This document shows, piece by piece, positions 19,121-30,594 of a stretch of 64,000 nt of DNA. Under the pieces are notes generated by a model. The model was not told where the DNA came from and did no database searches. It saw nothing but the letters and a program-made list of their open reading frames with translations. Each line of letters opens with the position of its first letter. The stretch's first letter is position 1. Position numbers and translations under genes: made by a program. The stretch lies in IMG/VR virus record IMGVR_UViG_3300025732_000033; one strand, given 5' to 3'. Source of the stretch: an uncultured virus (IMG/VR IMGVR_UViG_3300025732_000033). Lineage: Duplodnaviria; Heunggongvirae; Uroviricota; Caudoviricetes.

Positions 19121-19678
19121 ATGGCAAACCCAGGAAATTTAGAAGAAGAGGAAGACCCAGGATACCCAGGAGGTGTTGATGGTGTTGAAGACTTTTACGG
19201 TGGCGTAGGTGCTGCATCAAGGCAAGGCACCACGACACTATACGGTATCAATCCCTCTAAAATTGCTAAACAGGATATAATAAATACTAAAAATAAAGCT
19301 TTTGGTATGTTATTTCCTATGGGCCATGATCCTAGAAGTGGTTACGTAGCTAAAAGCTCAGGATTAAATTTAATAAAACAAAATTTAAGGCAGTTGCTTT
19401 TAACTACCCGAGGCCAAAGAGTTATGCTTCCAAATTTTGGAACAAACTTAAAAAGATATTTAATGGAGCCATTAGACCAAGTTCTATTAAATCAAATTAA
19501 AGAAGAAATTTTAGAAACCCTCGCTGGATATGCCCGTAATGTAAATGTATTAAAATTACAAGTAATTCCAGGAGAGGATAGTAGACTTGGTGGTGGGCAC
19601 TATATTCTTATAAATTTATTCTGTTCTCTTAGAGAGCAAGAAGAAGTTACTTTTGAACTTAAGGTTAATTTATTCTAA
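19121..19678 (+). CDS. gp25: Baseplate wedge gp25
   Basis: IKQNLRQLLLT.RGQRVMLPNFGT.L..YLMEP; acidic N-terminal extension. Confidence 0.9.
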   Translation: MANPGNLEEEEDPGYPGGVDGVEDFYGGVGAASRQGTTTLYGINPSKIAKQDIINTKNKAFGMLFPMGHDPRSGYVAKSSGLNLIKQNLRQLLLTTRGQRVMLPNFGTNLKRYLMEPLDQVLLNQIKEEILETLAGYARNVNVLKLQVIPGEDSRLGGGHYILINLFCSLREQEEVTFELKVNLF

Positions 19679-21291
19679 TGGTTTACACTGGTCAAATACA
19701 ATCAGATTTTTTAAAGTTAGCTAAGGTAGAGGATGTTGATAAGGAACGTCTTATTAACTATGCTGCCACAGATTTTATTAGCTTAAGAGAATCTTTAGTA
19801 GAATATATTAAAGCTGTTTATCCATTAGATTATAACTATTTCTCTGAATCTGATTTGGGTATGATGCTAGTTGAGTTAGTGGCCTATATGGGGCATGTAT
19901 TGTCATATAAATCAGATTTACTCGCTAATGAAAACTATTTAAAAACAGCTAGACAAAGAGACAGTGTTCGTAAGTTATTAGAGTTGATTGGAGTTAGAAT
20001 AAAAGGCCCCATAGCTGCTGCTGCTAATGCCAGAATAACTTTAGACTCTAATCCATGGACTACTGAAGACGATAGTCAAAGTTTAACTTTCTTTCCACAA
20101 AATAGAGTAATCACTATAAATTCTCCCCAAGATGGATTACCAATAACTTATACCTTGTATAAAGTTGCTCCAGATGGTGACATTGACGTAGCTAACAGCA
20201 CTGGGAATATAACTGTTTATAATAGTGAAAAAGCTTCGGATACAGTATTAGAAAATCTGATATTATTAGAAGGTTCTTTGGTTATTGATAGCGGAACTTT
20301 TTCTAATGTTGAACAAATTAAAAGTATAACTTTGGAGAGAGCCCCTGTTATTGAGGGTAGTGTTCAAGTATTTATAACTGGTGATTCTAATACTAGCGGA
20401 GTCTATCGACAAGTTGATAGTTTCTTCTATGCTTCTGGTGCTAATGATAAGATATTTCAAGTTATTCCAAGTGAAAACTATCAAGCCAAGATAATATTTG
20501 GAGACTCTAATCTTGGAAAAAATCCAAATCTTGGAGATTCATATACCGTAGTTTATAGAATTGGTGGGGGAACTAGAGGTAATATTAGAAGTGAAGTTAT
20601 TGATGCCAGATCTTCGGTGGTATTTGATCCAGGTGGTGGTAATCCAACTAGTATCATAGATGTCACAGTAGAAAATTCTGGGCAAGCTACTGGAGGATCT
20701 GATGCAGAAACTTTAGAGCACGCAAAAAGATATGCACCTTTAATGTTTAGATCCCAGAATAGATTAGTAACTTTACAAGATTACAAAGCTTTCGCTAATA
20801 GCTACATAACTTCCTATGGGTCAGTTGGTAAAGCTAATGCAATAGTTAGAAGAGCTTATTCATCTGCTAATATTATTGATGTTTATGTATTAGAAAAGGC
20901 TAATAATATACAGTTAAGAAGAGCAACCCAAGAGTTTAAACATCAATTAGTAGAAGCCATGAATGAACTTAAGATGATGACTGATGAGGTCATTGTCGTT
21001 GATGGTCTTATTAGAACTTTAGATTTAGTTATAACTGCCAGACTAGATAGAAAGTATGCAACTAGAGAAGATGTAATAAAAACTAAAATACGTTCTAAAA
21101 TATTACAATATTTTAATGTTGATAATAATGATTTTGGAAAGCAATTTGATCCTCAAGATTTAGTAAATTATATATTTTCAATACCCGAAGTTAGATTTGC
21201 TACAGTTGATAATGTAGCTGAAGTAATAAAATTAAACTTTAATGAAATTGTTCAATTAAATAATTTTACTGTAAATATAGTATATGTCTAG
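19678..21291 (+). CDS. gp6: Baseplate wedge gp6 (baseplate J-like)
   Basis: DF.SLR..L, MLVELVAYMG, ENYLKTA, FGD..LGK.P, YRIGGG..GN, GGSDAET, QNRLVT..DY. Confidence 0.9.
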   Translation: MVYTGQIQSDFLKLAKVEDVDKERLINYAATDFISLRESLVEYIKAVYPLDYNYFSESDLGMMLVELVAYMGHVLSYKSDLLANENYLKTARQRDSVRKLLELIGVRIKGPIAAAANARITLDSNPWTTEDDSQSLTFFPQNRVITINSPQDGLPITYTLYKVAPDGDIDVANSTGNITVYNSEKASDTVLENLILLEGSLVIDSGTFSNVEQIKSITLERAPVIEGSVQVFITGDSNTSGVYRQVDSFFYASGANDKIFQVIPSENYQAKIIFGDSNLGKNPNLGDSYTVVYRIGGGTRGNIRSEVIDARSSVVFDPGGGNPTSIIDVTVENSGQATGGSDAETLEHAKRYAPLMFRSQNRLVTLQDYKAFANSYITSYGSVGKANAIVRRAYSSANIIDVYVLEKANNIQLRRATQEFKHQLVEAMNELKMMTDEVIVVDGLIRTLDLVITARLDRKYATREDVIKTKIRSKILQYFNVDNNDFGKQFDPQDLVNYIFSIPEVRFATVDNVAEVIKLNFNEIVQLNNFTVNIVYV

Positions 21292-24200
21292 TCCTACTCA
21301 ATTTATTGATAACAGAAAATACTACAAGTCTAATTTTGATCAGGCTTTAAGATATACTATACCTTCTATCTATTTTGAAGAAGATGAATTGCTTGTTAGT
21401 GGTTTGGGAGAACTTGATATTATTGATCAAGTAGTTAATTCACAGGTAAGTATTCTAGCTAATTTTAGTTCAATAATTAATATACCTTTAACATACCTAA
21501 CTCAAACAGTATTTAGCTCTATAAACTCCCCATCTACTATGGCTCAGTATTTTATCAAACAAAATGACTTGTTTGATATTGAGCCTATAGAATTTGAGAG
21601 GCAAATATTAAATGCTCTTTCTGGAGATTCTTATAAAGGAAAATCATTTAATCAATTTGAAACTAGTGCAGACTTCTCTTACTATGTTACGAATGAACTT
21701 TTACCAGGAATAAAATTAGGTTCACCTTCAATATCTTTTGGAAATTTATCTAATCAAGATGATAGAAGTGCTTATCTAATAGAAACTATACCTTGGTTAT
21801 ATTTTCTTAATTTACCTTACAGACCTTGTTATAATTCTTCTGCATATGTGCATGATTTAATAGTTGGAAAACTATACGCAGGACAGCCAATTCATTTAGT
21901 TGATGCCATGAAAGGTGTCACTGAATATATATGGAGGAATTATACTACATCCACTACTTGGCAATCAAAAGGATTTATACCAAAAGCTTTTGAGCCTGAT
22001 TTAACAACCGTTGATCCGTTTACTAGTTCAACAGCAAAACTAGATGCCCTTAAAACTTTAATTGATATTGTATACTCACCACTTTATTCTGACAGAGGTG
22101 ATATCAGAGTTCAAACAGCAATTCAAGATTATTTAGATAGCAATATCAGGATAACTCAAAAAGTTAAGCATGGCCCTTTTACTAGGTTAATGAAAGCCTT
22201 TTCTTTTGGATTTGCTGATTATGATAGTAATGTAGAAAAATTAAAAATACTAGATGATATAAATAAATGTCCATCTGAGTATTTACCATATTTAGCAGAC
22301 CTTATAGGTTGGAAATTATTTGGATCGGACCCTGATCGGTGGAGACTTCAAATTGTAAACGCTGTCGATGTTTACAAAAGAATAGGAACCAAAAAGTCTA
22401 TTCAATACGCTATAAATTCCGTATTCCCTAATGGTCAGTTCGATGTAAGCTCCAGAATATCAGAGCTTTGGGAATCATATGTTCCATTCTTAATATACTA
22501 TTCTTTAGCAACTGAGTCCACTATGTTATCAAGTTTTGATACATGGACAAGAGACTTAGCATTAAAACTTCAAGTATCATCCTACAACTTTAGTAGCATA
22601 GATGAAAATGTTAAGCTGGTAGTAGATCAAATAATGTATGAGCTAGCTAAGGAATACCCTTCAAACTTTATAGTAGCTAATAATCCTGAATATTATGACA
22701 CTGAAAGTTTTGTAGCTAGCTTTAGTAAATTCCCAATAGGGACATCTTCTTTCGTATTTAATTACAGAGGAAGAAAGTTCCCAGTCCCTCCATTTGAAGA
22801 ATATCCATACTATGCTAATACAATTCTAACAAATGATTTAATAACTACCATAGCAGATAAGTTAGTTTGTTTTGGAGTTCCAAATAGTTTTGCATTTAAA
22901 GTATCTGATTTTATACGTGACAACAGTGTTCTAGCTCAGGATGACATAAGATCTGATAATAGGTTTTTACTATTCACTTCCGCTGCCCAATACCCACCAA
23001 ACTGGTCGGATATTATTAAAGACATCTCTAATAGAAAAGTAGAATATTTTCCTCTTTGGAATAGTAAATCATCTCACTTCAATGTTGTTTTTCACTCTAA
23101 TGAATTTGATTTTACTAAAAATTCATTAGAGACTGATTCAAGAGAAGCATTTGGTATAGTTGCTGATATCATTAAAGAGTTCTCACCAGCCCACTCAATA
23201 CCAAATATAACTGCAGATCTAAGTTCAGCCGATACAGATGAGTTTGTAAATATTATTTTGCCTTATGTTGGTGCAGACAAACTTGAATTTACACAAGTAA
23301 ATTATTCTAGTGGAACATCTGTAGCTGGATTTGTTGGATCTGGATTATTAATGGATACCTACAAGAGAGGTATTGCGACTGGGAAGCCACCATTTAAAAG
23401 ATGGCAAGCAGACTCAATAATAGATCCTTTATTAGCTGCAAGTGGAACTTTAGCATACTTACCAAGAAGAAACCATAGAAGAAGAAGCTTTAAATTTACA
23501 TTACCTAAGGATGGATTCTACGATAGAACTGGATTCAATATGCCAGTAACTATGGATGTTTCTACTGTCGAAATATCATTACCATCTTCTCTTGGGTTCT
23601 TGCCTTTAGGATTGATACCATCTTCACAACAATACGTACCAATACCTGATTACAAAAATATACCAGCCATCTATGATCGTTGTGAAAATTTAACATCTAA
23701 AAATTATTACTCTGGTCTTTGGGTAAGCAATACATTCCCATGCCGAGGGTGGAGGCGGGTAGAATCAAACGGTAAGTATCCGCAGCAAGGATCAAGACCA
23801 GACTATTATCATGATTTAAATCAATTACATCCCTTAATAGCTGTTATGCATTATATAAAAGAAAAGAAAAAATTATATGATGCTTCAACTTATTATTATA
23901 ATAACCCAAATTATTTATATGAAAATAGTTATTGGAAAAATGTAATACAAAGTTATGCTAATAGTTCAACAGAATTAAGTGGTAACTTTCCTAATTCTTT
24001 TGAAGATTATACTAATTTTGAGTTTGGAAGAGACTTCCATAAGTTCTATTCAGACTACAGAAAAAATTTCTCTAGCGGGACGGTGCCAGGAAGACTTATC
24101 CCAAATGTATTGTATTTAGATGGTCCAACTATTTTCGGGCATACCTTTGGTTCAATATTTAAAAATTCTAAATTAAATGAAAATGGAAGTCTAACTAAAG

Positions 24201-25423
24201 TTAGAACTGATCTAATTGTCTCATCACTTGATTATGTTCCAGTATTTTATAATGGAACTGGGGTGTTTTCAAGTTCTGGTGTTAGCTATTCTGGAACATT
24301 TATTGCTAGTAGTTTGTCATCTATAACTATTGAAGGATTTGAATATAGAAATTCAGGAATATTGGATCATATAGAGCTTTGCCAAAGTGTAAGCTCAGGG
24401 CAAAATAATTCATTTACAATCTATAGATTAGATAAGAATCAAAAAGACCCAAGAAAAATAAATCCATTACTTTATAATAATACACTAATAAAGCAAACTT
24501 CTAAAAATGGATTCGGTAGAATTAGATTTGATTTGAGTAGGTATACCTGCTTAGGATCAGAACTTTATGATACCTCTACAAATTTCTTAACACCAGAACA
24601 TAACTTTAAATTAACTTTTAAAACTTTAATTAGTAATACTGATGGGGACTTATTGGGTGATGGTGCTGTAGGAGTATGGATTCATACTCAAGAGGAAGAT
24701 GGTAATATTTGGAGTTACTCCAAGGATGGTAAATGGGTTCAGCATTCTGCATCTGCAATAACTATTTTAGACCTAGTTACTAAATTTGCAAATTTATCTA
24801 CTTTTGTTCCAGGAAGAAGAGGCCCAGTATTAAAGTGTGCAAAGTATATTGATAAGTCTGATCCAAATAGATCTAACCAACTTTTAAATTCTTTTAGTGA
24901 TGATGAATTTCAAACTATAGAAATAAATTTTAATACTAGAAATAGGGCATTGTGTGAAGACCCTGAAACTCAATTGATAGTTCCTAATCAGTATTATAAA
25001 AATGTCTCTAGCAAAGTTCATAGATTAAATCAAAAATACGTGGTTGAGGTCTTCACATTACCATCAACTAAAGATAATTTTACTTTATTCTATGATTTTA
25101 ATATGCTTGATACAACATTAAATGCTTGGTCTAAACCATTGGTAGGTGGAATAAGAAACAAAAAACCAATAGGTGATATTTATTGCCCAGAGTTTAGAAT
25201 TGATTTAACTCGGGAACAAGTTCTTACTATAATAAAGTATTTTAATGAATTAGCTGGAGTTTATAACAACTTTGGATATGCAAGTAGAATAGCTACTCAA
25301 ACTTCTGGAATCTATGAGACTAGTGGTGGAAGCAGATTAAACTATGTTGATAATCCTGATTGGAATACCTCAGTATCTAAATATGCTACAGGACTTCACT
25401 CTTTACTAAGTATTATAAATTAA
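21284..25423 (+). CDS. Large baseplate wedge protein (gp7/P2 gpI-like)
   Basis: DINKCP.EYLPYLADLIGW...YKRIGTKKSI motif and PAHS; follows gp6. Confidence 0.7.
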   Translation: MSSPTQFIDNRKYYKSNFDQALRYTIPSIYFEEDELLVSGLGELDIIDQVVNSQVSILANFSSIINIPLTYLTQTVFSSINSPSTMAQYFIKQNDLFDIEPIEFERQILNALSGDSYKGKSFNQFETSADFSYYVTNELLPGIKLGSPSISFGNLSNQDDRSAYLIETIPWLYFLNLPYRPCYNSSAYVHDLIVGKLYAGQPIHLVDAMKGVTEYIWRNYTTSTTWQSKGFIPKAFEPDLTTVDPFTSSTAKLDALKTLIDIVYSPLYSDRGDIRVQTAIQDYLDSNIRITQKVKHGPFTRLMKAFSFGFADYDSNVEKLKILDDINKCPSEYLPYLADLIGWKLFGSDPDRWRLQIVNAVDVYKRIGTKKSIQYAINSVFPNGQFDVSSRISELWESYVPFLIYYSLATESTMLSSFDTWTRDLALKLQVSSYNFSSIDENVKLVVDQIMYELAKEYPSNFIVANNPEYYDTESFVASFSKFPIGTSSFVFNYRGRKFPVPPFEEYPYYANTILTNDLITTIADKLVCFGVPNSFAFKVSDFIRDNSVLAQDDIRSDNRFLLFTSAAQYPPNWSDIIKDISNRKVEYFPLWNSKSSHFNVVFHSNEFDFTKNSLETDSREAFGIVADIIKEFSPAHSIPNITADLSSADTDEFVNIILPYVGADKLEFTQVNYSSGTSVAGFVGSGLLMDTYKRGIATGKPPFKRWQADSIIDPLLAASGTLAYLPRRNHRRRSFKFTLPKDGFYDRTGFNMPVTMDVSTVEISLPSSLGFLPLGLIPSSQQYVPIPDYKNIPAIYDRCENLTSKNYYSGLWVSNTFPCRGWRRVESNGKYPQQGSRPDYYHDLNQLHPLIAVMHYIKEKKKLYDASTYYYNNPNYLYENSYWKNVIQSYANSSTELSGNFPNSFEDYTNFEFGRDFHKFYSDYRKNFSSGTVPGRLIPNVLYLDGPTIFGHTFGSIFKNSKLNENGSLTKVRTDLIVSSLDYVPVFYNGTGVFSSSGVSYSGTFIASSLSSITIEGFEYRNSGILDHIELCQSVSSGQNNSFTIYRLDKNQKDPRKINPLLYNNTLIKQTSKNGFGRIRFDLSRYTCLGSELYDTSTNFLTPEHNFKLTFKTLISNTDGDLLGDGAVGVWIHTQEEDGNIWSYSKDGKWVQHSASAITILDLVTKFANLSTFVPGRRGPVLKCAKYIDKSDPNRSNQLLNSFSDDEFQTIEINFNTRNRALCEDPETQLIVPNQYYKNVSSKVHRLNQKYVVEVFTLPSTKDNFTLFYDFNMLDTTLNAWSKPLVGGIRNKKPIGDIYCPEFRIDLTREQVLTIIKYFNELAGVYNNFGYASRIATQTSGIYETSGGSRLNYVDNPDWNTSVSKYATGLHSLLSIIN

Positions 25424-25424
25424 T

Positions 25425-26447
25425 ATGTTAACAGATACAGCCAGAGAACTTTTAGCCGATATAATGACTGCAAACAGAAGTTTGTCTGGTATACCCTCCG
25501 CGTCTGCAATATTAGATACTTCAAATTATACTTTTCAAGCTATAAGTTATGGTAAAGATGCAAATGGATTTAAGTTTCATGCTCACGAAATACTAAGCCC
25601 ATCGGCAGATGGTAAGATTAAGGTAGTATCTTATGAAAATCTAACTGTATCTAGTTATCATTCTTCAGCCACTGCTGTGGCATTAGATTCAATATATAAG
25701 ATGTTTCCCGCTTCACCATTACCCACCGATACGAGGCTAGAAAAGGCGTCTACAGTCCCTAATTATAGCTTGGGGGTAGTAGATGCTGGTCAATGTTTGA
25801 ATGCGTTTGCCAGAAGCACAAATGATAATATAAAAACCAATGCCCACTTGATAGGTTGTTTTCCAGCTTCGGGAGGGACAGATTTTTGGGTAGTTTCTTC
25901 GGCAAGTAATCCTGCCGGAAGCATAATTTATTCTGGGACTCTCTCAAGCACTTATAATGAACAACAAATATTAGATAGTTCTGGATTTTTAACTTTTGCT
26001 CCTGGGGTAGCATCAGACCATAGTGATTTATATTCAGACTTTAATAATAATAAATTTGTTAATGCTTTTTCTAAAGGAGTAATAAGACCAGCTAATACCG
26101 CACAATTTCCAAAACAAGTAGATTTAATATGGTATTTACCCTCCGGCGATGCTGGTAGTTTACTTTTATTCGGGGGTATCTATCATTTTGGACTTTGGTG
26201 CTTAGACTTAAAACAACTATTAAAAGAAGGAAAATACCCACCATATTCATTTGATGCCCTAAATAATCAAAGAAAATATAAATTATTTGCTAAACATACG
26301 TTTAATAAAGATCTTTTATATTTAAATGATTATTTAACATACTCTGGATTTTTATTGCAATTTACAAAAAATACTAATTTGAGTACTGCTTGGGGCGGTC
26401 TTTCTTTTGGTGCTATAATTTTTAATTGGTCTATTAAATTTGCTTAA
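25425..26447 (+). CDS. Baseplate-associated virion protein
   Basis: MLTD.ARELLA start and FNWSIKF end, resembling the next gene; operon context. Confidence 0.5.
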   Translation: MLTDTARELLADIMTANRSLSGIPSASAILDTSNYTFQAISYGKDANGFKFHAHEILSPSADGKIKVVSYENLTVSSYHSSATAVALDSIYKMFPASPLPTDTRLEKASTVPNYSLGVVDAGQCLNAFARSTNDNIKTNAHLIGCFPASGGTDFWVVSSASNPAGSIIYSGTLSSTYNEQQILDSSGFLTFAPGVASDHSDLYSDFNNNKFVNAFSKGVIRPANTAQFPKQVDLIWYLPSGDAGSLLLFGGIYHFGLWCLDLKQLLKEGKYPPYSFDALNNQRKYKLFAKHTFNKDLLYLNDYLTYSGFLLQFTKNTNLSTAWGGLSFGAIIFNWSIKFA

Positions 26448-26450
26448 ATC

Positions 26451-27068
26451 ATGATTTTAAATGCTATAGAAGAATTGGATATTAAAGGTCACTTAACAAT
26501 TTCAAAACTTTTTCCAAACGGAGAAGAGGAGATTGTTTTTGATGATCATAATATAATCGTATCTGGAATGGGTGTAGGTTTAACTCACCTTTTTGCTCTA
26601 TCAGGATCTGGGTCTGTTTTAGATTATCAAATTGATAGATTTCAACTGGGACTATCTGGTGGAGCAAACTTAGAGTCTAGCACAACATATCAACTTAGTG
26701 GACCTCTAACAAGCCTTAGCGAATATGTTGGAGCAAATAATAATTCTAATATACTAGTTGCATCAGGGTATCAAATAAAAAATAATTCTGTTGTAAATAC
26801 GCCAGTATGGTATGGAATGATACCTGCACACAACATTACTAGAATTGATAATACTACAGTAAGATATACTATAGTAATAGATCAAAATGCTTGTAATGAT
26901 TTAAACAGAAATAATGTAGCAGTATACTTAAGTGAAATTGGATTATTTATAAAGAACATAAAAAATAATAATCCGGCTGCACCAATATTAGCAGCTTATA
27001 GATATTTTACTGAAATCAGAAAAACTTCTGATTTTGCATTAATTTTTAGATGGAGCATTAGTTTCTAA
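26451..27068 (+). CDS. Baseplate / tail fibre attachment protein (gp8-like)
   Basis: HNIIV.G, LSEIGLF, LAAYRYF..I.K...F.LIFRWSI.F. Confidence 0.65.
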   Translation: MILNAIEELDIKGHLTISKLFPNGEEEIVFDDHNIIVSGMGVGLTHLFALSGSGSVLDYQIDRFQLGLSGGANLESSTTYQLSGPLTSLSEYVGANNNSNILVASGYQIKNNSVVNTPVWYGMIPAHNITRIDNTTVRYTIVIDQNACNDLNRNNVAVYLSEIGLFIKNIKNNNPAAPILAAYRYFTEIRKTSDFALIFRWSISF

Positions 27069-27069
27069 A

Positions 27070-30000
27070 ATGGCATTTTCAAAAGCAGATCTTTACACAA
27101 CTAGTGGTGATGTAACTTTATATCATTGTTGGACTGAGAATGTTACCAAATATGGATCAGATACTTTCTATAATTGGGAACAAGACAATATGCCCATCCA
27201 TGATTTGGAAGAAAGAACGTTCTATTTATGGGAACAGTTAGGATATCCAACGTCTTCAATTCCAGGTGTAGCATTAGTAGTTTCCGCTGATGCTCCAGAT
27301 TCTGCTTGTAACAGTAATATATTTAAGACTGTTAGTGCTGCTGTAGCTGCATTACCTCAAATAATTAATTACCCAATTATAATGGAAGTTGCCAACTTCG
27401 GGGAATTAGGTGAACTTAGATTAACCAATCATAAGTTTGGACCAAGAGGTTCATTAGAAATTATTAATAGAAATTTTGCTAAAACTTTACCAATAACTAC
27501 AGAATATATAAATATTGGATATACTTCATCAATATTTGATACTGGAACTACTTTAAATTTAAATTTACAAAAATATACATCAAGTATATCATACAATGTC
27601 GAATTACAAGCTGCTGAATTATTACAATTTGCACCTTTAAAACATTTTACGGATTCATCAGCAGTTGCTATAAAAACTCCTGTATTTAGTTCAATTTATG
27701 ATTCTAGATTATCTGGAGTTGGTGGTTTAAATTCAAGACTAAATGGTATAATAAAAAATAATACTTCATTCTCTTTAAATAAATCTACTTTATTTATAGG
27801 TGATGATACATCTCCAAATCCTTTTACTGTAGGATCTTCAGCTACTTTAAATTTTAGAGCTTATGAATATAAAAATAATAGTTTTGATGAAGTAGGAATT
27901 AAAGATGTTAGCACATTAGATCCATTTAATAATAATGAATATAAATATTATGCACAAACATGGTATAATTTAGATACTGGTGATTTAAAAGCAGTAGCTA
28001 ACGGATTATTTTATGGTAATAAATTATCTAAAATAATTGTTGTAAATTGTGATGGTCCAATTTATATAAGAAATTTCTTTGTTGATGGATCAGCAATTTA
28101 TAGAACCGACAATCAATATGGAGTAGAAATAAGTAATTGTCCAAATATATATTTAGAAAGTATTGTATCTACTAGATTTAGAAAGTCTGGATTCTTATTT
28201 AATAATTCAAATGTCACGTTACTTCGTGGATGTGTAGGGACAAGAAATTATGGATTTACCCCATCAAACAAAAGAATTACTTCTGATTATACTACCAGAA
28301 TAAAAGATATTTCTTTTGATACTATTCAAGACTATTTATTAGATGATGATGCTGCTGGACTTATTGCAAATAATTCAGTTATAAATGTAAGTTCTACTTC
28401 TGCGATGGAGTTTGCAAATGTTCCAAAAATACCTTTTGGAGAATCTCTCAATATAGCTGGATCATCTCTACCTCATACTTATTATATTTATGAATTTAGT
28501 AAAAATCCAAACGGAATTATATTAAATAATTCGACATTTAAAGGTGGGTTCCCAGAAGTCGCAGGGACTGGTGGTGATTCTAGATTTAATGCTATAAATA
28601 TATCAATTGAAAATAACGTTGGTTGTGGTCTTAAACTTAAGAATTCAGAATTTACTTTTGATGGAAGATTACTAACTACTGAAAATTTATATGGAATTGT
28701 ATGTGAATCATCCATCCTAGAAGTTGACAAACTTCTTGTTGGTTTGAATCAAAAAAGTGGAATTGAATTAATTAATTCTGTTATGAAATATAACAGAAAT
28801 AGATTTAAACCAAGTAATGCAACTGAAGCAATAGTTCAATTTTTATTCTCTGGTAATGGACAACATTTAAATCTTTTAAATTCTAAAATATTACCTTATG
28901 AATGTTCTGCCATGGATGTAAAATATGGTAGAATGAGTTTTAAAAATCCTCTTGGTGTTTATCAAACAATAGGTGGAGTGACAAAAAATGGAATATTACC
29001 TTCAGTTAGCTTAAAAAATAATTCAGAAGCTATTTTAGTTCATCCAAAATTTGAGAGATCGGATGGTCAAGTCATAGATGGGCAAGCTTGTAGAGGATCT
29101 GAATTAGCTGTTACAAATGGGTCTATAGCAGTTTTAAAAGGTTCAAAAGAATATGCAACAAAAATTGTAGGTCCAGTAAGTTATGATCTTCAGAAGAAAT
29201 TAGCGGCAGTCTACGCTGGAGCAAACTCAGTAGTTGAAATTAACGGCCCAACCGCAATAGCACAATTTGGTGTTGATATATTAGGTGAAGATAATTCTGT
29301 AATTAATATTGGACCACATAGAGATAGAACTAATGGCGCAATTGACGTAAGTTCATTTTCATTAATTGATCCTGCAAATCATACCACAGTAGAATTACAC
29401 AGCACTAGGTCTTGTATTGTTGTTAATAAATTATCAACTTTAAATATAAGAGATTTAGGATCTTATAGATTAAATTGGAATAGGACAAATTTAGGTGCTA
29501 GTGCATATTCAAGCGGAGTTGATTATAGAATTGAAAGCCCCTACCTTGGAATTGAACAATATGTTAGCGGTGGATTTATTCAGTTCTACCCAAATCCAAA
29601 TGATTCATATGATTATACATATGATGAAGGTAAAGATGATATCACTGGTGCAGATGGTAGTAGATTACCTTATGAAAACTTTGCAAATGGAACTACATCC
29701 CAACCAAGATATATGCTGTTTAATCCAGTTAATAAAGTTCCTTTAGAATTTTCTGCAGTTACGAATGGCGGTATGTGTGTAAGAGCAGTTAATAATAGCT
29801 TGGTTAATTTATTAAATGTTAATTTTCCTTGTGGTTGGTGGAACCCTTCATCAGTTTTTTATGACACAAGTGCTCAAGGGGAAAACAAATATTGCAGTAG
29901 ATTATATATATGGAATATTGCAGATAATTCTCAAATAAAAGCATCCTTATTATCTGTCAGTGGATTATTTCCTGCAAACTCAGGATATATTGGACCTAGT

Positions 30001-30594
30001 GGTAACTGGGGTAGTGGAACTAACTCATTAATTGTAGCTTCCGGCTTACCTGCAACGACACCAGATACAAGTTCAATATCAATATTAGATTACTTTGGTA
30101 GAACTTATTCTAATCCATTCGGTAAATCAGGATCAGCCGAAAACTTCGGAGTATTTAGATTATATTTCTCTGTTAATCCAGTAGTTAATGTTTTAACAGA
30201 TACCAATTCAGATACTTTTGGAGCAATTAATCAAATATATTCTCAAGGATATCAACCTTCTAGCAACTTAGTTGGTTTAGGGACAGTAAGTTCCTTATAC
30301 CCTATGTTATTACAAAGAAATTCATCTAATTCAATAGTTCCCTCTGGATATTATTATTGTTCTGCTATGATAGATAATCCTTCTAGAGTAAGAGCTTACT
30401 TAGATGAATCTGCTGCAGAAACTTTTGCTAATGCTAAACATTGTTCTGTAGGTAAATCTGGGTTACCTAAATTAGTTTCAATTTATTTCCCTTATAATGA
30501 TACTAAATTAGGAGACTCTGCTAAAAATTCTGTAAAAGTTTTTGGTAATGGTATAAAATCATTAAATGTTTTTGATATAGAGAGAGATAACTAA
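27070..30594 (+). CDS. Tail spike-like protein with parallel beta-helix repeats
   Basis: YNWEQDN.P..DLEERT head, FKTVSAAVAALP, repeated G-I-x-L-x-N-S turns. Confidence 0.65.
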   Translation: MAFSKADLYTTSGDVTLYHCWTENVTKYGSDTFYNWEQDNMPIHDLEERTFYLWEQLGYPTSSIPGVALVVSADAPDSACNSNIFKTVSAAVAALPQIINYPIIMEVANFGELGELRLTNHKFGPRGSLEIINRNFAKTLPITTEYINIGYTSSIFDTGTTLNLNLQKYTSSISYNVELQAAELLQFAPLKHFTDSSAVAIKTPVFSSIYDSRLSGVGGLNSRLNGIIKNNTSFSLNKSTLFIGDDTSPNPFTVGSSATLNFRAYEYKNNSFDEVGIKDVSTLDPFNNNEYKYYAQTWYNLDTGDLKAVANGLFYGNKLSKIIVVNCDGPIYIRNFFVDGSAIYRTDNQYGVEISNCPNIYLESIVSTRFRKSGFLFNNSNVTLLRGCVGTRNYGFTPSNKRITSDYTTRIKDISFDTIQDYLLDDDAAGLIANNSVINVSSTSAMEFANVPKIPFGESLNIAGSSLPHTYYIYEFSKNPNGIILNNSTFKGGFPEVAGTGGDSRFNAINISIENNVGCGLKLKNSEFTFDGRLLTTENLYGIVCESSILEVDKLLVGLNQKSGIELINSVMKYNRNRFKPSNATEAIVQFLFSGNGQHLNLLNSKILPYECSAMDVKYGRMSFKNPLGVYQTIGGVTKNGILPSVSLKNNSEAILVHPKFERSDGQVIDGQACRGSELAVTNGSIAVLKGSKEYATKIVGPVSYDLQKKLAAVYAGANSVVEINGPTAIAQFGVDILGEDNSVINIGPHRDRTNGAIDVSSFSLIDPANHTTVELHSTRSCIVVNKLSTLNIRDLGSYRLNWNRTNLGASAYSSGVDYRIESPYLGIEQYVSGGFIQFYPNPNDSYDYTYDEGKDDITGADGSRLPYENFANGTTSQPRYMLFNPVNKVPLEFSAVTNGGMCVRAVNNSLVNLLNVNFPCGWWNPSSVFYDTSAQGENKYCSRLYIWNIADNSQIKASLLSVSGLFPANSGYIGPSGNWGSGTNSLIVASGLPATTPDTSSISILDYFGRTYSNPFGKSGSAENFGVFRLYFSVNPVVNVLTDTNSDTFGAINQIYSQGYQPSSNLVGLGTVSSLYPMLLQRNSSNSIVPSGYYYCSAMIDNPSRVRAYLDESAAETFANAKHCSVGKSGLPKLVSIYFPYNDTKLGDSAKNSVKVFGNGIKSLNVFDIERDN